In this document: positions 31,069 through 39,648 of the stretch, in pieces
Layout of the letters: every line of letters starts with the position of its first letter
Position numbering within the stretch: position 1 is the stretch's first letter
NCBI GenBank assembly: GCA_050178385.1
Contig: JBFXGD010000013.1
Location: forward strand, 1 to 39,648
Reading direction: 5' to 3'
Source: Calditrichaceae bacterium
GTDB taxonomy: Bacteria > Calditrichota > Calditrichia > Calditrichales > JBFXGD01
DNA length: 39,648 nt
Notes under the pieces: model-generated
The model's database searches: none
Told to the model about the DNA's origin: nothing
What the model saw: the letters and a program-made list of their open reading frames with translations, nothing else
Translations under genes and position numbers: made by a program

Positions 31069-34000
31069 CTATTCGAGTCTCACTTTCAAACCGAGACCCT
31101 GAAGTTCACGGACAAGAACATTGAAAGATTCCGGTGTCCCTGGGTCAGGAAGATTTTCTCCCTTCACGATCGCTTCATAGGTTTTTGAACGACCTGTTAC
31201 ATCATCACTTTTAACTGTCAGGATTTCCTGCAGTGTATATGCAGCACCATAAGCTTCCAGTGCCCAGACTTCCATTTCTCCAAATCTCTGTCCACCGAAT
31301 TGGGCCTTGCCTCCAAGAGGCTGCTGGGTAATTAATGAATACGGGCCGATTGACCTGGCGTGGATCTTATCGTCGACCAGATGAGATAACTTGAGCATGT
31401 AGATATACCCGACAGATACATCCTGATCAAATCGTTCCCCGGTCCGACCATCCACCAGACGGACTTTTCCGCTTTCCGGTAAGCCGGCCTTTTCCATTTC
31501 AGCAGCCAAATCATTAATTGTGGCGCCGTCAAAAACCGGAGTTGAGTATTTTTTCCCGAGCCTATATCCCGCCCAACCCAAGGTTGTTTCAAATATCTGC
31601 CCAAGATTCATACGTGAAGGAACACCAAGCGGATTCAATATGATATCAATTGGCGTACCATCATCGAGAAAGGGCATATCCTCTAGTGGGACTACTCTTG
31701 AAACAACACCTTTGTTGCCGTGACGACCGGCCATCTTATCACCTACTGAAAGTTTCCTTTTTTCGGCAATATAAACTTTGGCCAGCTGCACTATTCCGGG
31801 CGGCAGTTCATCACCGATCATGATCTTATGCTTTTCTCGCTTTAAATCATTCTCGATATCCAAAAGGACCTGCCTGTAATCAGAATAAACCTGTCTTACA
31901 AAAGTATTTTTCGGGTCTTCTTCAAACCAGGTCGAATTTATATCTAAATTCTTAACATCAATTTTTGAAAAAGTTTCTTTTGATATTACTGTATTTGCTT
32001 TTATCGCATTTTTGCCGTCAACATACCGGATTCCGACTGTCTTCATACCATCAAATTGCGCGGATAAATTTCCCGCCAATTTCGAAACGACGGTTTTGCG
32101 TTTTCTTTCGGCTTCCTGCTCAAGTTTATCAACGATATGTTTCTCTTCTTTCTTGGTAACAGCATCCTTCTTTTTTCTCGAGAAGAGTCGGGTGTTTATG
32201 ACAACCCCTTTCATTCCTGGAGGAGCTTTAAGTGATGCATCCTTTACGTCGCCAGCCTTTGATCCGAAAATAGCTTTCAGCAGTTTCTCTTCCGGAGTCG
32301 GATCCGTCTCGCCTTTCGGGGTTACTTTCCCGATTATAATATCAGTGGCATTGACTTCGGCACCCACACGAATGATACCGTTTTCATCAAGATTTTTTGT
32401 TGCTTCTTCACTGACATTTGGAATTTCACGGGTAAGTTCTTCTTCACCTCTTTTAGTATCCCGGACCTGTAGTTCAAATTCCTGAATATGAATTGAGGTA
32501 TAAACATCATCCCTTACAACCCGCTCACTCATAATAATCGCATCTTCAAAATTATATCCCATCCAGGGCATGAAGGCGACCAGAACGTTCCGTCCAAGAG
32601 CAAGCTCACCATTGTCGGTTGCACAACCATCCGCCAGAACATCACCTTTTTTAACCTTCTGACCAATCTCAACCAATGGTCGCTGATTAATAGATGTATC
32701 CTGGTTTGTTCTCATGAATTTTGTAAGATTGTACTCAACGATCTCTGACTGCTCTAAAAGTCTGCCTTTACCTGATGTCGGTTGTTTCGGATTATCGAGC
32801 CTGATTAGAATTTTATCCGCATCAACATAGTCAACGACACCAGCATCGTCCGCTAAAACGAGGGTGCCAGAATCCTCAGCAACTTTTTGCTCCATGCCCG
32901 TACCAACAATCGGTGCTTCGGGAACTAGAAGCGGAACAGCCTGTCGCTGCATATTAGAGCCCATCAACGCCCTGTTAGCATCATCATGCTCAAGGAACGG
33001 TATCAATGAAGCCGCGGGAGAAACAATCTGATTTGTGGCGACATCCATATAATCAAGCTCTTCCGGAGCGACAACCGGGAACTCACCCTTATATCTTGCT
33101 TTAACTCTGTCTTTTACGAAATTACCACCCTGATCCAACGGAGCATTAACCTGTGCGATGGTGAAATTATCTTCTTCAGTAGCCGACAGAAAAGCGATTT
33201 CTTTTGTCACTTTTCCTTTTTTGACGACGCGATAGGGCGTTTCAATAAACCCGAAATCATTAATGCGCGCATGAACACACATAGATGAAATCAATCCGAT
33301 ATTCGGCCCCTCAGGGGTCTCAATCGGACAGAGTCTGCCATAATGCGTATAATGAACGTCACGAACCTCAAACCCTGCGCGTTCACGTGTCAAACCTCCG
33401 GGGCCGAGAGCAGACAATCTTCGTTTATGAGTCAGCTCTGCCAGGGGATTGGTTTGATCCATAAACTGAGACAACTGTGATGTTCCAAAGAAAGTGTTGA
33501 TCACAGATGAAATAGTTCTCGCGTTAACCAAATCCTGCGGCGTCAGCTTATCGGAATCCCCGATATTCATTCTTTCTTTAATAGTACGCGCCATTCGGGA
33601 CAGCCCCACACTAAACTGAGCGGCCAATTGCTCGCCGACAGTTCTGACACGCCTGTTGCCCAGATGATCTATATCATCAGTGGCTCTGATACCTTCGCGC
33701 AATTCTAGCAGATATCTTATAATGGCAAGAATATCTTCACGCGTAAGAACAGTTGTTTCATAGGGAATATCGAGCTTTAGCTTTTTATTGATACGGTAAC
33801 GCCCGACCGCTCCCATGTCATACCGTTTTTCATTAAAGAACATCCTTTCAATCAGGCTTCTCGCTGTTTCAATATCAGGCGGCTCGCCTGAGCGCAGCTG
33901 TCTGTATATCGCCTCGATTGACTGTACATCAGTTCTTGTGGTATCTTTTTGAAGTGTATTAAAAATAACATTTGGAGAATTAGCATCCCCAAGTTTTATA

Positions 34001-34845
34001 ATTTTAACCTTTTTGACCCCAAGCTCCAGACACTGGTTCAACAGATCAGATGTGAGCTCTTTACCTTGTTCGGCAATAACTTCACCTGTTTGAAAATCAA
34101 CAAGATCCGAAGCCAATACCTGTCCCGTAAGCATCGGAAATGCATCCAGAGTAACCTTGACTTCTTCATCCAGCCCAAAGAGCTTTAAGATCTCTTCATT
34201 CGTTGCGAATCCAATAGCCCGTAATAGCATAGAGACAGGAAATTTTTTCTTCCTGTCTATATAAACGAACATTACATCATTAACATCGGTTGTAAATTCG
34301 ACCCATGAACCCCTGAACGGTATTATCCGCGCGGAAAACAGCGGTGTACCGTTCGGATGCTGGCTTTCGGAGAAGAAAACACCCGGGGAACGATGAAGCT
34401 GACTTACCACTACCCGTTCCGCACCATTTATTATAAATGTACCGCGGAATGTCATATACGGCATATTACCGAGATAGACATCCTGCTCGATGAATTCAGT
34501 AAAATTATCTGTTTCCCCGGTCGCATCTTTTATGGCCAGGCGCATTTTTGCCTTAATCGGAACCGCGTAACTTACGCCACGTTCCTGGCATTCCCTAACA
34601 TTGTATTTAGGCTTATCTACGTAATATTCCACATACTGAAGCTCAAAGTTACCCGCGCTGTCAGTAATTGGGAAAATACTCTGAAATACGGCATTCAGCC
34701 CTTCAGCTTTACGTTGCTCGGGACCTATATTCGCCTGAATAAATTCTTCAAAAGATCTTGTCTGGATTTCCAGTAAATTCGGGAAATCCATGACCTGGGG
34801 TATCCGCATAAAAGATGACCGTGCAATCGGCTTCTTTTGTTTCAA
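31069..34845 (-). CDS. rpoB: RNA polymerase beta subunit
   Basis: [33 protein letters not shown] start. Confidence 0.99.
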   Translation of the reverse strand: MKQKKPIARSSFMRIPQVMDFPNLLEIQTRSFEEFIQANIGPEQRKAEGLNAVFQSIFPITDSAGNFELQYVEYYVDKPKYNVRECQERGVSYAVPIKAKMRLAIKDATGETDNFTEFIEQDVYLGNMPYMTFRGTFIINGAERVVVSQLHRSPGVFFSESQHPNGTPLFSARIIPFRGSWVEFTTDVNDVMFVYIDRKKKFPVSMLLRAIGFATNEEILKLFGLDEEVKVTLDAFPMLTGQVLASDLVDFQTGEVIAEQGKELTSDLLNQCLELGVKKVKIIKLGDANSPNVIFNTLQKDTTRTDVQSIEAIYRQLRSGEPPDIETARSLIERMFFNEKRYDMGAVGRYRINKKLKLDIPYETTVLTREDILAIIRYLLELREGIRATDDIDHLGNRRVRTVGEQLAAQFSVGLSRMARTIKERMNIGDSDKLTPQDLVNARTISSVINTFFGTSQLSQFMDQTNPLAELTHKRRLSALGPGGLTRERAGFEVRDVHYTHYGRLCPIETPEGPNIGLISSMCVHARINDFGFIETPYRVVKKGKVTKEIAFLSATEEDNFTIAQVNAPLDQGGNFVKDRVKARYKGEFPVVAPEELDYMDVATNQIVSPAASLIPFLEHDDANRALMGSNMQRQAVPLLVPEAPIVGTGMEQKVAEDSGTLVLADDAGVVDYVDADKILIRLDNPKQPTSGKGRLLEQSEIVEYNLTKFMRTNQDTSINQRPLVEIGQKVKKGDVLADGCATDNGELALGRNVLVAFMPWMGYNFEDAIIMSERVVRDDVYTSIHIQEFELQVRDTKRGEEELTREIPNVSEEATKNLDENGIIRVGAEVNATDIIIGKVTPKGETDPTPEEKLLKAIFGSKAGDVKDASLKAPPGMKGVVINTRLFSRKKKDAVTKKEEKHIVDKLEQEAERKRKTVVSKLAGNLSAQFDGMKTVGIRYVDGKNAIKANTVISKETFSKIDVKNLDINSTWFEEDPKNTFVRQVYSDYRQVLLDIENDLKREKHKIMIGDELPPGIVQLAKVYIAEKRKLSVGDKMAGRHGNKGVVSRVVPLEDMPFLDDGTPIDIILNPLGVPSRMNLGQIFETTLGWAGYRLGKKYSTPVFDGATINDLAAEMEKAGLPESGKVRLVDGRTGERFDQDVSVGYIYMLKLSHLVDDKIHARSIGPYSLITQQPLGGKAQFGGQRFGEMEVWALEAYGAAYTLQEILTVKSDDVTGRSKTYEAIVKGENLPDPGTPESFNVLVRELQGLGLKVRLE

Positions 34846-34899
34846 AGGCTTACCCTCGCATAAGTTTTGTGAAAAAATTAAGAGTTTTTAGCGAAAAGA

Positions 34900-35283
34900 C
34901 TATTTAAGGTCTATTACGCCGCCAACTTCTTCGATTTGCTTTTTAATATCTTCCGCTTCTGCTTTGGATACACCTTCCTTGACCGGTTTCGGTGCGCCGT
35001 CAACCAGATCTTTAGCTTCTTTCAGACCAAGACCGGTGATTGCACGAACAACTTTAATTACCTGGATTTTCTTATCCCCGGCTGCAGTTAAAACAACATC
35101 AAACTCTGTTTTTTCTTCGGCAGCTTCGGCAGGAGCCGCAGCGGCAGGACCGGCAGCAACAGCTACAGGAGCAGCTGCAGTTACACCGAATTTCTCTTCA
35201 ATATCCTTGATTAACTCAGAGATTTCGAGCATTGTAGCGCCTTCGAGATAGCTGAGAACGTCACCTCTTTTAATTTCTGCCAT
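34900..35283 (-). CDS. rplL: 50S ribosomal protein L7/L12
   Basis: [32 protein letters not shown]. Confidence 0.99.
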   Translation of the reverse strand: MAEIKRGDVLSYLEGATMLEISELIKDIEEKFGVTAAAPVAVAAGPAAAAPAEAAEEKTEFDVVLTAAGDKKIQVIKVVRAITGLGLKEAKDLVDGAPKPVKEGVSKAEAEDIKKQIEEVGGVIDLK

Positions 35284-35319
35284 TATAAACCTCCAATACT
35301 GACTATAAAATAATTGTTT

Positions 35320-35838
35320 TTATCCCTGTTTCTTATCTTTTACACTATTAATTGTACCAACCAACTTCTGCATATTTGCCTGCAGCAAGCCAACCAATTT
35401 TGACATTGGGGCCTGAAGCGTACTGGCGAACTGAGCAATAAGAACTTCCCTTGAAGGTAAATTTGATATTACCTCAGCCTGAGCGGCATCGAATACCCTA
35501 CCTTCAAACAACACTACTTTTAACCTGAGAAGTTCTTTCTTTTTGTTAAACTCCTTCATCAACTTTGCGGGAAGAGTAGGATCGTCATAACCGATAACAA
35601 AACCGGTTACGCCATTTAAATAGGGATCCAGCTCGCTAATTCCGGCATTGTTTAAGGAAATTTTTGCCAATCTGTTTTTAACTACTTTATACTCAACACC
35701 TGCTTCTCTGAATTTTTTCCGTATCTCTGTTACAGTAGCTACATCAAGACCAGCGAAATCAGCCAAATACACGCTTTTTGCCTTTTTAAACTTGTCTGTA
35801 AACTCTTCTACGATCTCAATTTTTCTAGGTGTAGCCAT
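35320..35838 (-). CDS. rplJ: 50S ribosomal protein L10
   Basis: YKVVKNRL, LPSREVL; position between rplA and rplL. Confidence 0.97.
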   Translation of the reverse strand: MATPRKIEIVEEFTDKFKKAKSVYLADFAGLDVATVTEIRKKFREAGVEYKVVKNRLAKISLNNAGISELDPYLNGVTGFVIGYDDPTLPAKLMKEFNKKKELLRLKVVLFEGRVFDAAQAEVISNLPSREVLIAQFASTLQAPMSKLVGLLQANMQKLVGTINSVKDKKQG

Positions 35839-35865
35839 GACCTGATCCTTATTGTCTAATTATAT

Positions 35866-36564
35866 TTATGATGTGTACGATGACACGTTTTTATCTAAAT
35901 AGATACCTGGGCCCATTGTACTTGAAATTGATATTGATCTCAAATATGTGCCTTTGGCGGATGCAGGACGCAACTTAATTATTGCATTTACAAACGTTTT
36001 AATATTCTGTACAATATTCTCTTCTGAAAAAGACACTTTTCCAATACCTGTATGAACAATACCAGTTTTGTCAACCCGGAAATCAATTTTACCAGCCTTG
36101 ATTTCTTTAACCGCCAAATCAACGTTTTGCGTTACAGTACCACTCTTCGGGTTAGGCATCAAACCACGGGTTCCGAGAATTTTTCCAAGCTTCCCAACCA
36201 TCCCCATCACATCCGGCGAAGCTACCGCCACATCGAACTCAAGCCATCCGCCTTGTACCTTTTCGATGTATTCCTCCAGCCCGGCATAGTCAGCGCCTGC
36301 ATCCAGCGCCTGCTGAACCTTATCTCCCTTGGTAAAAACCAGTACACGCACCTTTTTCCCGGTACCGAAGGGAAGCGCGACCGTACCACGCACCATCTGA
36401 TCAGCATGCCTGGGATCAACACCAAGCTTCATTGCTATTTCTACTGTCTCGTCAAATTTAGCCGTCGAGGTTTCCTTCATGATCTTTACAGCATCTTCTA
36501 CCGGATATTCTCTGTTACGATCAATTTTCTCAAAGACTTGACGATAACGTTTACTTCGCTTCAT
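35866..36564 (-). CDS. rplA: 50S ribosomal protein L1
   Basis: KFDETV, GLMPNPKSGTV, SSTMGPG. Confidence 0.99.
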   Translation of the reverse strand: MKRSKRYRQVFEKIDRNREYPVEDAVKIMKETSTAKFDETVEIAMKLGVDPRHADQMVRGTVALPFGTGKKVRVLVFTKGDKVQQALDAGADYAGLEEYIEKVQGGWLEFDVAVASPDVMGMVGKLGKILGTRGLMPNPKSGTVTQNVDLAVKEIKAGKIDFRVDKTGIVHTGIGKVSFSEENIVQNIKTFVNAIIKLRPASAKGTYLRSISISSTMGPGIYLDKNVSSYTS

Positions 36565-36584
36565 CCTTACCTCATTAATAAATT

Positions 36585-37007
36585 TTATTCTACAACAATA
36601 CCCATGTTGCGAGCTGTACCTTCAACCATACTCATCGCCGCTTCGATATCAGCAGCAGTCAAATCGGGCATTTTAATTTCGGCTATCTTTCTAATCTGAG
36701 CTTTTGTCACCTTACCAACTTTTACCGTATGCGGAGTAGAAGATCCTTTTTCCAGTCCGGCCTCTTTTAGCAACAATGTGGCAGCGGGCGGCGTCTTGGT
36801 GATAAATGAAAATGAGCGATCTGCATAAACCGTAATCTCCACCGGAATAATCATCCCGCCTTTATCCTGGGTTTTAGCATTATACGCTTTGCAAAACTCC
36901 ATAATATTTACACCATGCTGACCGAGCGCAGGTCCGACAGGTGGTGCCGGCTTTGCCTGCCCTGCGGGTAATTGCAATTTTATTTTAGCAATTTCTTTTT
37001 TTGCCAT
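36585..37007 (-). CDS. rplK: 50S ribosomal protein L11
   Basis: [28 protein letters not shown]. Confidence 0.99.
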   Translation of the reverse strand: MAKKEIAKIKLQLPAGQAKPAPPVGPALGQHGVNIMEFCKAYNAKTQDKGGMIIPVEITVYADRSFSFITKTPPAATLLLKEAGLEKGSSTPHTVKVGKVTKAQIRKIAEIKMPDLTAADIEAAMSMVEGTARNMGIVVE

Positions 37008-37039
37008 AACAAATTAACCCTTAATTATAATACGCATCG

Positions 37040-37585
37040 TTATTTCTCAAGCTCTACCTGGAGAAAATCAAGCTCCACAGGAGTCAGCCTTCCAAATATG
37101 CTTATATTAACTTTTACTTTATTCTTCTCTTCGTTTATCTCTTCCACGAAACCGGTAAATTCATTAAAAGGACCATCAACAACCCGAATAGGATCACCGA
37201 CCTTGAAAGGAACACTTACCTTACCCTTCACTTCCTTTTCATGACTCTTCTCAATCTTACCAAGCACTGCCCGGACTTCCGATTCCCTTAACGGCACCGG
37301 TTCATTTTTCGGGCCAACAAAACTAATTACTCCCGGCGCATTAACAATCACATGCTTGGTTTGATTATCCAGCAACATCTCAATTATCATATACCCCGGA
37401 AAAAAGACCTTGTTCTTAACTCGCTTTTTCCCATCCTTCATCTCGATTATATTTTCAGATGGTATAACTATGTTACCGACTTTTTCCTCAATGCCCTGTA
37501 GCTTTATTTCATTTTCTATATGCGCCTTTACCCTTGCTTCTTTCCCCGAATAGACTCTCAGCGCATACCACTGCTTCTCGGCCAC
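37040..37585 (-). CDS. nusG: Transcription termination/antitermination factor NusG
   Basis: WYALRVYSG, FFPGY, KOW VVDGPF, IFGRLTPVEL; GTG start. Confidence 0.99.
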   Translation of the reverse strand: MAEKQWYALRVYSGKEARVKAHIENEIKLQGIEEKVGNIVIPSENIIEMKDGKKRVKNKVFFPGYMIIEMLLDNQTKHVIVNAPGVISFVGPKNEPVPLRESEVRAVLGKIEKSHEKEVKGKVSVPFKVGDPIRVVDGPFNEFTGFVEEINEEKNKVKVNISIFGRLTPVELDFLQVELEK

Positions 37586-37608
37586 AGTTTTTCCCTCGCT
37601 TTAAAAAA

Positions 37609-37791
37609 TTAATAAAACAATTGAATGAGTTTCGATATTATTGTATCTGCAAAAAATATAAACAAGGTGAATGCAATACTCACCGCGATTACCACAACTG
37701 TCGAATTTGTTAATTCAGGACGGGTAGGCCAGGAGACCTTTGCCATTTCTGTCTTAACATCTTCAATGAACTGCTGTATTTTCTTAATCAT
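37609..37791 (-). CDS. secE: Preprotein translocase SecE
   Basis: EMAKVSWPT followed by one TM helix; immediately before nusG. Confidence 0.97.
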   Translation of the reverse strand: MIKKIQQFIEDVKTEMAKVSWPTRPELTNSTVVVIAVSIAFTLFIFFADTIISKLIQLFY

Positions 37792-37835
37792 ATCTTAACC
37801 AAACTCCGGATATTTTGGAAAATAAAAAAAGTCAG

Positions 37836-37909
37836 CAGGCCTGGAGGGACTCGAACCCCCAACCCCCGGTTTTGGAGACCGGTGCTCTAGCCAATTGAGC
37901 TACAAGCCT
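37836..37909 (-). tRNA. tRNA-Trp(CCA)
   Basis: Cloverleaf AGGCTTG...CAGGCCT-G; anticodon arm CCGGT-CTCCAAA-ACCGG; T arm GGTTCGAGTCC; 3' CCA not encoded. Confidence 0.98.
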
Positions 37910-37922
37910 AGCTGTTTTTCAA

Positions 37923-38072
37923 TTATTTTGATTCTTTATGCATTGTGTGCGCGTTACATCTCGGGCAATACTTCTTATGTTCCACACGCCCGCTGTGCAA
38001 TCTTTTGTTCTTTGTTGTGGAATAATTTCTTTCTTTGCACTTGGTGCATTCCAAATGTATGATGTCTCTCAC
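37923..38072 (-). CDS. rpmG: 50S ribosomal protein L33 (zinc-ribbon type)
   Basis: Manual translation, GTG start: [49 protein letters not shown]. Confidence 0.97.
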   Translation of the reverse strand: MRDIIHLECTKCKERNYSTTKNKRLHSGRVEHKKYCPRCNAHTMHKESK

Positions 38073-38090
38073 AATATACACCTATGGTTA

Positions 38091-39281
38091 TTATTGAATA
38101 ATCTCCGATACAACACCGGCTCCCACCGTACGCCCGCCTTCACGGATCGCGAAACGCAGCTCCTTCTCCATGGCGATCTCTTTCAGCAACTCGATCTCAA
38201 CCGTTATGTTATCACCAGGCATGACCATTTCCACGCCTGCAGGCATATTCACCATCCCGGTAACATCGGTTGTACGGAAATAAAACTGCGGACGATAACC
38301 GTTAAAGAACGGAGTATGACGTCCACCTTCTTCTTTTGTCAATACGTATACTTCACCTTTGAATTTGGTATGAGGCTTAATTGATCCGCCTTTGGCCAGA
38401 ACCATTCCGCGTTCGATCTCTTCTTTTGTTACACCGCGCAGCAGAAGACCAACATTATCTCCCGCCTCACCGCGATCAAGCAATTTGCGGAACATCTCAA
38501 CACCCGTTACAACCGTCTTGCGATGAGCTCCCAAACCAATCATCTCTACTTCTTCACCAACCGTAACAATACCGCGTTCAATCCTGCCTGTCGCCACCGT
38601 ACCGCGACCGGTAATCGAGAACACATCTTCAACCGGCATCAGGAACGGCTTATCAACATCACGCTGCGGAGTCGGAATGTATGCGTCAACCGCATCCATC
38701 AACTCAAAAATACATTTATTTGCTTCGTCATCTTCCGGATTATTCAAGGCGTTTAATGCGCTGCCTTTTATAATAGGTATGTCATCACCGGGAAATTCAT
38801 ATGACGACAGAAGTTCACGCAATTCGAGTTCAACCAGCTCCAACAACTCAGGATCATCAACCTGATCAACCTTATTCATAAACACAACGATATAAGGCAC
38901 ATTTACCTGACGGGCAAGCAAAACATGCTCACGGGTCTGCGGCATGGGACCATCGGCAGCACTCACCACCAGAATCGCTCCGTCCATCTGGGCAGCACCG
39001 GTAATCATGTTCTTTACATAATCGGCGTGACCGGGACAGTCAACATGCGCATAATGCCGGTTGGCTGTTGCATACTCAACATGAGCCGTCGCAATAGTAA
39101 TACCGCGTTCGCGTTCTTCCGGAGCATTGTCAATACTATCAAAGCTGCGGAAGGATGCTGTACCTTTCTTGGCAAGCGTCTGTGTAATCGCTGCCGTCAA
39201 TGTTGTCTTACCATGATCAACGTGACCGATTGTTCCAATATTTACATGGGGCTTACTTCGATCAAATTTTTCCTTAGCCAT
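38091..39281 (-). CDS. tuf: Elongation factor Tu (tRNA-cluster copy)
   Basis: Protein identical to the 22519-23709 copy except the last residue (Q vs A). Confidence 0.99.
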   Translation of the reverse strand: MAKEKFDRSKPHVNIGTIGHVDHGKTTLTAAITQTLAKKGTASFRSFDSIDNAPEERERGITIATAHVEYATANRHYAHVDCPGHADYVKNMITGAAQMDGAILVVSAADGPMPQTREHVLLARQVNVPYIVVFMNKVDQVDDPELLELVELELRELLSSYEFPGDDIPIIKGSALNALNNPEDDEANKCIFELMDAVDAYIPTPQRDVDKPFLMPVEDVFSITGRGTVATGRIERGIVTVGEEVEMIGLGAHRKTVVTGVEMFRKLLDRGEAGDNVGLLLRGVTKEEIERGMVLAKGGSIKPHTKFKGEVYVLTKEEGGRHTPFFNGYRPQFYFRTTDVTGMVNMPAGVEMVMPGDNITVEIELLKEIAMEKELRFAIREGGRTVGAGVVSEIIQ

Positions 39282-39332
39282 CGCTATTCCTCCGAAAATT
39301 TAAAATTGAAAATGCGCATTACAAAAAACCAG

Positions 39333-39405
39333 AGCCCACGACCAGGATTGAACTGGTGACCTCATCCTTACCAAGGATGTGCTCTACCGACTGAGCTACG
39401 TGGGC
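39333..39405 (-). tRNA. tRNA-Thr(GGT)
   Basis: GCCCACG...CGTGGGC-T; anticodon arm ATCC-TTGGTAA-GGAT; no encoded CCA. Confidence 0.98.
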
Positions 39406-39432
39406 TAAAGCCTGATTGCGATTACTTTAGAG

Positions 39433-39506
39433 AGCGGGAGACGGGATTCGAACCCGCGACCAACAGCTTGGAAGGCTGTGACTCTAGCCAACTGAGTTAC
39501 TCCCGC
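39433..39506 (-). tRNA. tRNA-Gly(TCC)
   Basis: GCGGGAG...CTCCCGC-T; anticodon arm ACAGC-CTTCCAA-GCTGT; no encoded CCA. Confidence 0.98.
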
Positions 39507-39590
39507 TTACTTTCCATAAATCTATGCGCGGTACAAACATAACCGACAATCTGACTAGACCAACATCGTTTGAGAAGGTCTATGAGGTTG

Positions 39591-39648
39591 AGCTGGTGAG
39601 AGGACTTGAACCCCCAACCGGCTGATTACAAATCAGCTGCTCTACCAA
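39591..39648 (-). tRNA. tRNA-Thr(TGT), 5' end cut by the window edge
   Basis: TGGTAGAGC, anticodon arm GCTGA-TTTGTAA-TCAGC, GGTTCAAGTCC, 3' acceptor strand CACCAGC-T. Confidence 0.95.

Noticed and set aside
33400..33500. Possible rifampicin-resistance substitutions in RpoB cluster I
   Set aside because: [23 protein letters not shown] is an ordinary wild-type pattern; the S12 streptomycin-site lysines are also intact.
36052..36699. 215 aa plus-strand ORF, and the many other antisense ORFs over r-protein, tuf, fusA and rpo genes
   Set aside because: Shadow ORFs opposite highly conserved genes, with no recognisable motifs.
39311..39320. Perfect palindrome AATGCGCATT upstream of tuf
   Set aside because: Single 10-bp palindrome with no second copy or other support.
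37800..39648. tRNA genes as possible integration sites for a mobile element
   Set aside because: No integrase, att-like duplication or foreign genes nearby.

Overview
Bacterial chromosomal window with every supported gene on the minus strand. About 31.7 kb (7920-39648) is an uninterrupted translation/transcription supercluster. In transcription order it runs: tRNA-Thr(TGT, partial), tRNA-Gly, tRNA-Thr, tuf, rpmG, tRNA-Trp, secE, nusG, rplKAJL, rpoBC, rpsLG, fusA, tuf, the S10 and spc blocks, secY, map, infA, rpmJ and the alpha block, closed by an intrinsic terminator after rplQ. The gene order (secY-map-infA without adk) and the RNAP inserts suggest an FCB-group or Calditrichota-like organism (inference). 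The most interesting part is the left 7.8 kb: a tightly packed candidate operon behind a good sigma70-type promoter. It encodes a secreted GHL10-family glycoside hydrolase, an orphan urocanate hydratase (hutU), an orphan Soj-like ParA, an unusual wHTH-acidic linker-receiver protein (PilG/PatA-like), CheW, a PilJ-like chemoreceptor, and the first 298 aa of an unrecognised helical protein at the position where a CheA/ChpA kinase would be expected. No mobile elements, CRISPR arrays or rRNA were seen.
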